32,000 bases of DNA from Erysipelothrix larvae (GTDB lineage Bacteria > Bacillota_I > Bacilli_A > Erysipelotrichales > Erysipelotrichaceae): positions 480,001-512,000 of the forward strand of contig NZ_CP013213.1 of assembly GCF_001545095.1 (NCBI RefSeq), written 5' to 3'. This document shows, piece by piece, positions 7,512 to 16,222 of the stretch. The position numbers and the translations under genes are program-made. Position 1 is the first letter of the stretch. Each line of letters opens with the position of its first letter. The notes below the pieces were generated by a model, which ran no database searches, had not been told where the DNA came from, and saw nothing but the letters and a program-made list of their open reading frames with translations.

Positions 7512-9285
7512 ACGCACACTTAAAAACCTATCACGCTATCTCATGCATTCAAAATGGTGGTTTATCTTTGCCCTGTCATTGACGCTGATTGGTGATGTCT
7601 TATCCTTATTGGGGCCAAAACTGATTGGGCTATCCATTGACACCATGCGAAATCCACACGGCGGTGTTGATTTTGATCAGCTTTATACCTATGTAGGACT
7701 CATGGTCTTTATCTATTGTGTATCGTTTATCGCCTCCTACGTATCGCAAAATATTTTGCTTCGAATCTCGCAAAAGGTAGCATATTCGATGCGTAAAGAC
7801 GTGTTCTCACATCTTGAGAAAATGCGCATTCACTACTTCGATACCCATCAAACTGGGGACATTATTTCCCGCATATCCTATGATATTGATACCATCAATA
7901 CATCCCTAAGCAGTGACCTTGTCACGATCTTATCGGGAAGTGTTACGGTTGTGGTTTCAGTGGGAATGATGGTGGCAATTTCCATGCCCCTTTCACTGAT
8001 ACCTTTTGGAACCATCATTTTTATGTCCTTTTTTGCACGATACCGGATGAAGAAAGTGAAACCACTATTTACCAAGCGGTCGATTCAGTTGGGCCAGTTG
8101 AATGGTTATGCTGAAGATATCCTAAGAGGCCATAAAACCATCAAGTCTTATGGACAAGAAGCTTACTTCTTCAAGACATTTTCGAATCATAATGAAGTGG
8201 CTGGTGAAGCCTATTATCAAGCAGACTATCAAGGCAGTATCATGGGACCTACGGTAAGTTTTGTGAATAACATTTCGCTGTCATTGATTAGTGCCTTTGG
8301 TGCGCTTTTATATCTTAGAAATGCATTAACAATCGGGAACATCTCGTCATTTGTTTTATATTCACGAAGATTCTCGGGACCTTTAAATGAAATATCAAGT
8401 TTAGTCAGTGAACTCCAATCAGCAATGTCTGCAGCAGAACGGATTTTTGCACTTTTAGATGAACCTGAAGAAATCATTGATTCAGATACAGCAGTTCACC
8501 TACCAAAGGATGTCCCTTTGGGGGTTCACTTTGATCATGTGAACTTCGAGTACGTAAAAGATCGTCCAGTCTTAAAAGATTTAACATTGGATGTAAAACC
8601 AACACAACAAATCGCAATTGTGGGTCCAACAGGGTCAGGTAAAACGACCATCATTAACATTCTCATGCGTTTTTATGAAATCAATGCAGGAACCATTACC
8701 ATTAATGGAATCAATACTAAGGACATTGCACGGGAAAGTTTAAGACGGTCAATGGGCATCGTACTTCAAGACTCATGGGTATTTTGTGGGTCTATTTATG
8801 AAAACTTAACCTATGGTGTAGGGGACTGTGATATGGATGCAGTGATTGAGGCGTGTAAGAAATCAAACATCCACGACTATATTGAGTCCTTGCCAGATGG
8901 ATATCAAACATGGATCCAAGATGATGCACTCATTATTTCAGAAGGGCAAAAACAGTTGTTATCCATCGCACGTGTATTTCTATCAAAAGCCAGCATCTTA
9001 ATTCTTGATGAAGCAACCTCAAATGTGGACACGCAAACAGAACTGATGATTCAAAACGCAATGCAAGAAGTGATGAAGGGACGCACTTGTTTTATCATTG
9101 CCCATCGACTTTCTACCATTCGTAATGCAGATGAAATCCTTGTGATTCAAAAAGGGGAGATTGCGGAAACTGGTGATCATGATGATTTAATGCGCCAAAA
9201 AGGGGCTTACTTTTCCTTGTATGCCAGTCAATTTGAAACCCAAGATCGTGTTGTGATTGAAGAAAAAGAAGAGGATGTTGTTTAA
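7504..9285 (+). CDS. ABC exporter subunit 2 (fused TMD-NBD, canonical catalytic site)
   Basis: Walker A GPTGSGKTT, Walker B ILILDEATSNVD, H-loop IIAHRLST, non-canonical signature ISEGQKQ. GGAGG lies 8 nt before the ATG at 7504. The start overlaps the stop of subunit 1. Confidence 0.85.
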   Translation: MTKRTLKNLSRYLMHSKWWFIFALSLTLIGDVLSLLGPKLIGLSIDTMRNPHGGVDFDQLYTYVGLMVFIYCVSFIASYVSQNILLRISQKVAYSMRKDVFSHLEKMRIHYFDTHQTGDIISRISYDIDTINTSLSSDLVTILSGSVTVVVSVGMMVAISMPLSLIPFGTIIFMSFFARYRMKKVKPLFTKRSIQLGQLNGYAEDILRGHKTIKSYGQEAYFFKTFSNHNEVAGEAYYQADYQGSIMGPTVSFVNNISLSLISAFGALLYLRNALTIGNISSFVLYSRRFSGPLNEISSLVSELQSAMSAAERIFALLDEPEEIIDSDTAVHLPKDVPLGVHFDHVNFEYVKDRPVLKDLTLDVKPTQQIAIVGPTGSGKTTIINILMRFYEINAGTITINGINTKDIARESLRRSMGIVLQDSWVFCGSIYENLTYGVGDCDMDAVIEACKKSNIHDYIESLPDGYQTWIQDDALIISEGQKQLLSIARVFLSKASILILDEATSNVDTQTELMIQNAMQEVMKGRTCFIIAHRLSTIRNADEILVIQKGEIAETGDHDDLMRQKGAYFSLYASQFETQDRVVIEEKEEDVV

Positions 9286-9333
9286 ATCAGTGTGATAAAA
9301 GGATGGGTATCGATTTTTTCCATTGACGAATCC

Positions 9334-9362
9334 TTGAAACACTATACCCCCAGGGGTATACT
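9334..9362 (+). promoter_or_regulatory. promoter with embedded CsoR-family-type operator
   Basis: TTGAAA (9334-9339), 17-nt spacer, TATACT (9357-9362). Palindrome TATACCCC-CA-GGGGTATA at 9343-9360 covers the spacer and the -10 element. Confidence 0.6.
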
Positions 9363-9388
9363 TAAGGTGAACGCTGTGGAGGTAAAGT

Positions 9389-11050
9389 ATGAATCAAAAA
9401 CGCGTTGTAGTTGTAGGTGGATCAGCGGGTGGCATGAGTTTCGCAACCCGATATCGTCGTTTAAATCAAAAGGACTCAATCATAATTCTTGAACGGGGTC
9501 CGTATGTATCGTATGCAAATTGTGGCTTACCATATTATATATCTCAGGAAATCCCAAGTCGGGAAGATTTATTTGTTGTGGATCAAGATGTGTTAATCAA
9601 TCGGTTTAAGCTTGACCTTAAGACTGAGCATGAGGTTGTATCGCTTGATTCAAAAAAGAAAGTAATCCACTGTATGCATCACGGAAAGCCACTTGATATT
9701 CCCTACGATATGTGTGTTTTATCACCGGGTGCTAAACCCTTTGATTTAAAAATTAGCGGCAGTGAAACCCATCCTGCATTATTTACACTGCGTAATGTTG
9801 AAGATGTGGATCGCATTGTCGACTCACTTCAATCCAATCATTTGAAGCATGCTGTTGTTATGGGGGCGGGATTTATTGGTCTAGAAATCGTAGAAAACTT
9901 AGTTCGAAAAGGACTCACGGTAAGTGTTGTTGAAAAAAGTTCACAAGTGCTGCCACCCCTTGATGTGGAAATGGCGCAAGCTTTACATCAGACCCTGATT
10001 GCACAGGGGGTTAAGGTTTATATTAATCACAGTGTTGTGTCCATGGATGCATCATCCTGTGTTTTAGATGATGGGACACGGTTACAAGCCGATCTCGTGC
10101 TGAGTTGTGTGGGTGTTGTTCCAGATACTCAGTTTGCGAAACAATCAGGGATTATCTGTGGCATGCGTGAGGGAATCGTGGTGGATCATCGTTATCAAAC
10201 CAACCTTGATTCCGTTTATGCCTTGGGAGATGCGTGTATTACACAACAGTTTTCCAGTAAAAAAGATGCCCTGATTCCCCTTGCATCCCCAGCAAACCGG
10301 CAAGGAAGACACCTTGCGGATATTTTAAGTGGAAAATCAAAAGAACGTACGTTGACCTTAGGCACCTCAATTCTTCGTTTGTTTAACCTGAGTGCAGCAT
10401 CAACTGGACTGAATGAAAAACAACTGGAAGGGCAAGCCTATGAAGTCTTTCATTTGAGTGCAAATGATCATGCAGGGTATTTCCCAGGTGCAACACCGAT
10501 TCTATTAAAGGTCCTTTTTGATCCAAAAACCCATCTTATACTCGGCGCACAAGCGATTGGGGAGAAGGGTGTGGATAAACGGATTGATGTGATTGCGACA
10601 GCCATCAAAGCAAACATGAAAGTCAATGAACTTCAAGATCTGGAACTCGCTTATGCACCCCCTTTTGGAAGTGCGAAGGATATCGTGAATATGGCAGGGT
10701 ATGTCGCAGAGAACATCCTTGATAAAACAACCCATCGCATTCACTGGAATGCACTTGAAACCCTCCAACAAGAAGGGGCGTATCTTCTGGATGTCAGAAA
10801 TGATGAAGAACGCGCTGAGTTAGGGTATATCATCGGTTCACATCATTGTCCTTTGGATGCACTAAGAACTCACCTTCACACATTCCCTAAAGATCAATGC
10901 ATCATCGTATACTGTCAGTCTTCAGCGCGAAGCTATAATGCAGAGTGTATCTTAAGAGATGCAGGGTTTAATGTTATGAATATGGATGGGTCCTTTGGCT
11001 TGTATCGACTCATAAGACCCGATCGCATTGTGATGGATGGATCCTTATGA
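9389..11050 (+). CDS. CoA-disulfide reductase / CoA-persulfide reductase with C-terminal rhodanese domain (CoADR-RHD)
   Basis: FAD GxGxxG (VVGGSAGG), redox Cys in SYANCGLPYY, NAD(P) site VMGAGFIGLE, C-terminal rhodanese loop YCQSSARS. Confidence 0.8.
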   Translation: MNQKRVVVVGGSAGGMSFATRYRRLNQKDSIIILERGPYVSYANCGLPYYISQEIPSREDLFVVDQDVLINRFKLDLKTEHEVVSLDSKKKVIHCMHHGKPLDIPYDMCVLSPGAKPFDLKISGSETHPALFTLRNVEDVDRIVDSLQSNHLKHAVVMGAGFIGLEIVENLVRKGLTVSVVEKSSQVLPPLDVEMAQALHQTLIAQGVKVYINHSVVSMDASSCVLDDGTRLQADLVLSCVGVVPDTQFAKQSGIICGMREGIVVDHRYQTNLDSVYALGDACITQQFSSKKDALIPLASPANRQGRHLADILSGKSKERTLTLGTSILRLFNLSAASTGLNEKQLEGQAYEVFHLSANDHAGYFPGATPILLKVLFDPKTHLILGAQAIGEKGVDKRIDVIATAIKANMKVNELQDLELAYAPPFGSAKDIVNMAGYVAENILDKTTHRIHWNALETLQQEGAYLLDVRNDEERAELGYIIGSHHCPLDALRTHLHTFPKDQCIIVYCQSSARSYNAECILRDAGFNVMNMDGSFGLYRLIRPDRIVMDGSL

Positions 11051-11298
11051 AATGTGACACACACATCCAAACCCGTCTCAAAAAAGTGAGTGGCCAAATG
11101 AATGGGATTTTGAAGATGATGGAAGACCAACGTGACTGTGAGGACATTGTAACGCAATTGTCTGCAGTACGCGCAAGTGTTGACAAGATCATCGCACTTA
11201 TCACAACTCAGAATTTGGTGGATTCCATTGAAGAAACGTATAATATAGAGCTTAAAGATCTCGAATCAGAACTTGCACTTTTTATACGCAGTCGATGA
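11047..11298 (+). CDS. CsoR/RcnR/CstR-family (DUF156) transcriptional repressor
   Basis: 83 aa. Family pattern RLKKVSGQMNGILKMMEDQRDCEDIVTQLSAVRASVDKI. ATGA start/stop overlap with the reductase gene. Confidence 0.8.
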   Translation: MKCDTHIQTRLKKVSGQMNGILKMMEDQRDCEDIVTQLSAVRASVDKIIALITTQNLVDSIEETYNIELKDLESELALFIRSR

Positions 11299-11315
11299 AT
11301 TTATAGTACAGAGCC

Positions 11316-11369
11316 TTGACTTTTCGATGAATTCGCTGTAAATTGTATTTGCAAACGATTTGCAAATAC
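11316..11369 (+). promoter_or_regulatory. promoter plus perfect 11-3-11 palindromic operator candidate
   Basis: TTGACT (11316-11321), 17 nt, TAAATT (11339-11344). This is followed immediately by GTATTTGCAAA-CGA-TTTGCAAATAC (11345-11369), which abuts the GGAGG Shine-Dalgarno. Confidence 0.6.
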
Positions 11370-11378
11370 GGAGGAACT

Positions 11379-12320
11379 ATGAATATAAAGAAACTAAGTG
11401 CCATTGTTTTGGCAGGACTCTTATTAGTTGGGTGTGGGACAGCAGCTGATAAAGAAAATCAACTGAGTGTTGTAACGACATTCTTCCCAATTTATGATTT
11501 AACACGCACCATCGCAGGTGATGAAGTTACGGTTGTGAACATGATGGGATCGGGTGCATCTGCACATGATTTTGAACCAAGTATTCAAGACCGCTTAACA
11601 CTTGAACAAGCAGATATTTTTGTCTATAATGGCGCAGGTATGGAATCATGGGTGGATAAAACCCTTGAGTCCATAGAGTCTGAATCCATTGTGGTTGTGA
11701 ACACATCAGAAGCTGTGAATCTTATTCATACAGATGATCACGATCATGACCATGAAGAAGAAGACCACGACCATGACCACGACCATGATCATGATCACGA
11801 TCATGGTGATACAGATCCACATATTTGGCTTGATCCAATCAATGCAATCGCTCAAGCTGAAGCAATTCTTAATGCGCTTGTAGAAGTAGACCCAGACAAC
11901 AAAGAAGGGTATACGACACGCTTTGAAGCATTGAAAGAAGACCTTTTGAACCTTGATACGATGATGGTTGAAGGGATGAAAACTGTCAGCAATCCGATGG
12001 TTGTCATGAACCACAGTGCGTTTAGCTATATGGCACAGCGCTATGGGTTTACCATTGAATCCATTTCAGGCATCATTCCGGATACTGAGCCATCTGCAAC
12101 ACAACTAACATCAATTATCGATATTATTCAAGAACATGACATTCAAACCATTCTCATGGAAACAACAAGCAGTCAAAAAGTGATTGATACGCTTGTGAAC
12201 GAAGTGCATGTTGATGTACTGTTGGTGAACACGCTTGAATCAGTCAGTGAAGGCGACACCATGAATTATGTAAATATCATGAAATCGAACATTGAGAACT
12301 TACTATTAGCCATGAAATGA
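11379..12320 (+). CDS. metal ABC transporter substrate-binding lipoprotein, ZnuA/AdcA (zinc) type
   Basis: Start moved to the ATG at 11379 (GGAGG upstream). Lipobox LLLVGC. His ligand contexts AHDFEP, DPHIWLD and NHSAFSY. Acidic/His-rich loop typical of ZnuA. Confidence 0.8.
   Translation: MNIKKLSAIVLAGLLLVGCGTAADKENQLSVVTTFFPIYDLTRTIAGDEVTVVNMMGSGASAHDFEPSIQDRLTLEQADIFVYNGAGMESWVDKTLESIESESIVVVNTSEAVNLIHTDDHDHDHEEEDHDHDHDHDHDHDHGDTDPHIWLDPINAIAQAEAILNALVEVDPDNKEGYTTRFEALKEDLLNLDTMMVEGMKTVSNPMVVMNHSAFSYMAQRYGFTIESISGIIPDTEPSATQLTSIIDIIQEHDIQTILMETTSSQKVIDTLVNEVHVDVLLVNTLESVSEGDTMNYVNIMKSNIENLLLAMK
11733..11804 (+). repeat. GAY-CAY hexanucleotide repeat encoding the Asp-His loop
   Basis: Codon-by-codon reading gives DDHDHDH-EEE-(DH)x7 built from alternating GAC/GAT and CAC/CAT codons. 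Confidence 0.9.
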
Positions 12321-12330
12321 TGTATGATAT

Positions 12331-12360
12331 AAGAGGATATTTGAGAATATCCTCTTTTTT
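12331..12360 (+). terminator. rho-independent terminator
   Basis: AAGAGGATATT / AATATCCTCTT 11-bp perfect stem, 4-nt loop, T-run. Confidence 0.85.
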
Positions 12361-12372
12361 AAGGAGTTTAAT

Positions 12373-13863
12373 ATGGAAGCAGTAAAAAGACCGCGGGGGG
12401 TTCGATACAGACTGAAAAAAGGGCCAAAGATCGTGATGATTGGTGTTCTTTTTCTTTTAGTAGGCTTTACCTTTTACCAAAGCCAACAACCGAAGGTTCG
12501 ATTTAATGAGGAAAAAATTGTTGAGTATGGGGATCGCTTTGAAGATGCAATTGCTTCAATTGTGAATCAAGACAAATCCCGTTTTGACAGTGTTGAAGTT
12601 GTTTCGATGGATACATCGGCGATTTCTACTGAAGAAACACCGACATTTGAGGGGTCAATTGTCGCAACATTTAAAGGCAATACAAAGACCGTTAACTTTC
12701 AGTTTTCTGTCAAGGACACACAAGCACCTGTGATCGTATCAGATGTGACGTCGATTGATTTTAGTGATGCAAATCCTTTTGAACTCACAACCCTTTTAGA
12801 GACGGTGAGTGCATCCGATCCAGTAGATGGTCCATTAACACTGACGTATTCATTTGATGATATGAAAGAAACCCGAAAGCTTACCGCAGAAGAGTTCAGC
12901 TTAGCGGTACGTCAACTTGTTTATAATCGCAGCTATGCTTTTAGTGCACATGCTACGGACTCAAATGGTTTAAGTTCAAGTAAACACTTTGATGTGACGA
13001 TTACAGATGGAGGGATGAAATCAGTATCTTCACTCTCAGAGGAAGAAAAACTCGCCTTAATCAATGATTTCACTGCGAAATATAGTACAGTCTATGATGT
13101 CACCAATGATTCGGTAATCCATGAATCGGGGTACGATAGTAAGATTTATCCAGCATCAATGACCAAGATGATGACGGTGTATGCAGCCCTCTCCATTTTG
13201 GAGTCAAACATTACACCTGCATGGAACAACAAAGAAGTCGTTACGTTGGATACGGTATATACAGTACCAACAACGATTGACTATATTCATGCTTCAGATG
13301 CGTCAAATGCAGGCATTTGGGGCAATGATGTTGTCTCAATTCGTGATCTCTTTTATGGCATAATGCTTCCTTCAGGAGCCGATGCAGCATTGGCACTTTC
13401 TGAAGCCTTAACGGGTTCAAGTGATGGCCTGGTGAATAAGATGAATGAGATCGCAAGTGAATTAGGAATGACGCGTACGCACTTTGCGAATGCGACAGGA
13501 CTTCACGACAACAATCACTATACAAGCATGAAAGACCTCGTGACGTTATTAAAAAGTGCATGGCAAAATGATGCCTATCGATTGATCATGTCATCAAAAG
13601 TTTATGTTACAGACCAACCGTATGTGAATGGTCGTCATGATGTCTTTGAATCAAGTTCACTCTCCATGCTAAACATGATGGGTGATGACCTTGTTGTTGC
13701 GTCAAAGTCTGGATTTACAGATGAATCCGCACGCTCATTGGCGTCTGTGGTCATTGTTGATGAAGCCGTCTATTTCATTGTCGTGAATCAAAGCAATCAA
13801 GATGGTTTAGGCTTGAGTGCTGTCACTGATACAATGTATCTCATCAATCAATACATTAAATAA
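12373..13863 (+). CDS. membrane-anchored D-alanyl-D-alanine carboxypeptidase (peptidase S11) with N-terminal Ig-like domain
   Basis: N-terminal TM helix. Ig-like (DUF5011-style) segment SASDPVDGPLTL...ATDSNG. SxxK = SMTK. Second motif reads SGA(D) rather than SxN. KSG for KTG. Confidence 0.75.
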   Translation: MEAVKRPRGVRYRLKKGPKIVMIGVLFLLVGFTFYQSQQPKVRFNEEKIVEYGDRFEDAIASIVNQDKSRFDSVEVVSMDTSAISTEETPTFEGSIVATFKGNTKTVNFQFSVKDTQAPVIVSDVTSIDFSDANPFELTTLLETVSASDPVDGPLTLTYSFDDMKETRKLTAEEFSLAVRQLVYNRSYAFSAHATDSNGLSSSKHFDVTITDGGMKSVSSLSEEEKLALINDFTAKYSTVYDVTNDSVIHESGYDSKIYPASMTKMMTVYAALSILESNITPAWNNKEVVTLDTVYTVPTTIDYIHASDASNAGIWGNDVVSIRDLFYGIMLPSGADAALALSEALTGSSDGLVNKMNEIASELGMTRTHFANATGLHDNNHYTSMKDLVTLLKSAWQNDAYRLIMSSKVYVTDQPYVNGRHDVFESSSLSMLNMMGDDLVVASKSGFTDESARSLASVVIVDEAVYFIVVNQSNQDGLGLSAVTDTMYLINQYIK

Positions 13864-13893
13864 CAATTTTCGCAATCCCTTTTCACCCTTTCA

Positions 13894-13922
13894 TTGCAAA
13901 GACCCGCATCATTTGTCATAAT
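13894..13922 (+). promoter_or_regulatory. sigma-A type promoter
   Basis: TTGCAA (13894-13899), 17 nt, CATAAT (13917-13922), 25 nt before the ATG at 13948. Confidence 0.5.
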
Positions 13923-13947
13923 AAATACGTTGAAGTGAGGTAATTAC

Positions 13948-15357
13948 ATGAAGAAGTTGGTTTGGACTGGTATTGCGTTTTTGTTTCTAATAAGTTGTGG
14001 ACTCTTTTTGAATCTTGAGGGCCTTTCTCAAGATGCGATGTGGGTTGTGGGAATCTTTGGTGCTTCTTTAATCTTGTGGATCACACAAGGGATTGAATGG
14101 CCATCGGTTTTTGTATTGTTAATATTGGGATTAATTCCAACCCTTGGATTTAATTCAGTATTAATGAGTGCGTTTGGAAATTCAGTATTTGGATTCTTGT
14201 TGTTTACCTTCATGAGCACCTATGCTTTAGGAACAACACCGATTATGAAAAACATTGCCTATAAGACGATGGACTTAAACATTGCACGAAAAGGCCCCCG
14301 TACCTTAATGACATTATTGTTGGGTTCGGTCTTATTGGTTGGACTTTTTGTATCTCCAACTGTTTTGTTTTTCATTGTATATCCGATCTTTGAAGAAATA
14401 TTAAATGTATTGAATGTGAAAAAAGGCAGTCCATTTGGGGCAGCCTTAATGATTGGTTTAGTCTTTATTGTCAGCCTTTCTTCAGGCATGACACCTATTG
14501 GACATGTTTTCCCTGTCTTGGCAATGAGTGTGTATGAATCCATTGCTGGGACGGCGATTGATTATGCTCAGTATATGACCTTTGCAATTCCTTTTGGAAT
14601 CATCCTTTATGGTGTCATTGTGTTTGGACTATCACGCATGTTTAAATTTGATGCAGTGGATATATCCCATTTGCCCCATCACACAACCCAACCGATGGAA
14701 GCCAAAGATAAAGCGATCATCGCAATCTTTAGTGTGATAGTACTCTTATGGATTATTCCAAGTATCATTACAACCCCTTGGACTGTGAAATTAAACAGTT
14801 TTGGAACCGCATTTCCCCCATTACTGGGTGTAAGCTTAATGAGCATGATTCATATCAATAAGAAACCCTTGTTAAAGATTACAGATGCCTTATCTAAAGG
14901 TGTTCCTTGGATTAGTTTGTTAATGGCAGGTGCAACCTTAGCACTGGGAGCAGCGTTAACACACAGTGATATTGGTATTATTAATGCCTTACAAAGTAGC
15001 GTAGGGCCAATGATATCCCATTGGCCACGCCTTGGATTTATTGCGGTCTTTGTGATATGGGCATTATTTCAATCCAGTATTTCATCACACATGGTAACTG
15101 CACAAGTGGTTAGTGCAGTGGCAGTACCCATTGCCCTTGTCAGCACGCAATTGGATGCGAAAGCAATTGTGATGGTAATAGGACTCATGGCTTCGATTGG
15201 ATCATCTACCCCTGCATCCATGCCTTATGTTGCGGTTATTGGAAGTTCAGGGTGGACCAATCCCAAAGAAATCTTAAAGTTTGGTGTTGTGATTACGATT
15301 GTAATCGCCCTGTTAACAATCTTTATTGGGTACCCTTTCGCAGAATTCATACTTTAA
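13948..15357 (+). CDS. anion/carboxylate permease of the DASS (SLC13) / ArsB-NhaD superfamily
   Basis: 469 aa and polytopic throughout. Internally duplicated layout with small-residue hairpin-tip motifs (SSGMTP, GSSTPAS). Family is recognised only at superfamily level. Confidence 0.6.
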   Translation: MKKLVWTGIAFLFLISCGLFLNLEGLSQDAMWVVGIFGASLILWITQGIEWPSVFVLLILGLIPTLGFNSVLMSAFGNSVFGFLLFTFMSTYALGTTPIMKNIAYKTMDLNIARKGPRTLMTLLLGSVLLVGLFVSPTVLFFIVYPIFEEILNVLNVKKGSPFGAALMIGLVFIVSLSSGMTPIGHVFPVLAMSVYESIAGTAIDYAQYMTFAIPFGIILYGVIVFGLSRMFKFDAVDISHLPHHTTQPMEAKDKAIIAIFSVIVLLWIIPSIITTPWTVKLNSFGTAFPPLLGVSLMSMIHINKKPLLKITDALSKGVPWISLLMAGATLALGAALTHSDIGIINALQSSVGPMISHWPRLGFIAVFVIWALFQSSISSHMVTAQVVSAVAVPIALVSTQLDAKAIVMVIGLMASIGSSTPASMPYVAVIGSSGWTNPKEILKFGVVITIVIALLTIFIGYPFAEFIL

Positions 15358-15370
15358 AGGAGTTGATTTT

Positions 15371-16222
15371 ATGAATGAACGCATTGAAAATGCGCTAAAA
15401 GTATTTCGGTATAAACGCACAAACATAAAAGCAGTGTCGTGGGGACTTGCAATCCTGTTACTGGTCGGCGGCATCTTTTTACTCAATGCACTGAGTGAGC
15501 TTGAGCGGTTTAAAGTGCTTCAAAATCCGTATGTGACCTTTGGATTGTATCTTGTACTTTTAGTAGGTGCAGCAGCGCTTTTTACATATTACAACGACTT
15601 TAAATTACGAAAGGCCCTTGCAGAACTTGACTTTATTGTAGATGAACTCAAAGACCCCCAAACCTATCTTTCAATTCTTGATGGCTTTGGACGCTTTGAT
15701 AAACGGATGGTTACCCCTGCCTATCTCCATGCGAAACTGCGTGCAATGATGTATGCAAGCAGTGATCGAGAGATTCAAGAGTTTGTGAATAAATTTGAAG
15801 ATGTTATGGGTGATTCTTTGAATATCGAATCAGCGCTTTTTAGAATTAAGAGTTATGGTGAAAAAAGACAGAATGTCGATAGTTTTGAAGCCATCATAAC
15901 AAAGAAACTGGATAAAGCATATGCTAAAGCAAAAACCAATGCGATTCGAGCATCTATCGATCATCAGCGCAAATGGCTTGATGTTCAAACGATGGTTGTG
16001 CGTCTAAAATTTAATGAAGTCTTAAAGGTACTTGAGTTACTGCAAGAAGATGAGTGTACCCCACTTGAATCCGTACGTATTAATTATTACAAAGGACTTG
16101 CATATGCACGGTTAGGCCATAATAAACAAGCAAGAGAAGCATTTACACAGGTAATTCATGAAGGGAATACAACACGTTTTGTCCACGATGCAAAAGGTGA
16201 ATATGAGAAAGTGAGGAATTAG
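15371..16222 (+). CDS. hypothetical membrane protein with helical/TPR-like C-terminal domain
   Basis: Start moved to the ATG at 15371 (AAGGAG upstream). Two N-terminal TM helices. TPR-like YYKGLAYARLGHNKQAREAFTQVI. No family recognised. Confidence 0.55.
   Translation: MNERIENALKVFRYKRTNIKAVSWGLAILLLVGGIFLLNALSELERFKVLQNPYVTFGLYLVLLVGAAALFTYYNDFKLRKALAELDFIVDELKDPQTYLSILDGFGRFDKRMVTPAYLHAKLRAMMYASSDREIQEFVNKFEDVMGDSLNIESALFRIKSYGEKRQNVDSFEAIITKKLDKAYAKAKTNAIRASIDHQRKWLDVQTMVVRLKFNEVLKVLELLQEDECTPLESVRINYYKGLAYARLGHNKQAREAFTQVIHEGNTTRFVHDAKGEYEKVRN

Noticed and set aside
11706-12014. 102-aa antisense ORF across the His/Asp repeat of the zinc-binding protein gene.
   Set aside because: It is the mirror image of the GAY-CAY microsatellite (MVVVMVVV...) and has no start signals.
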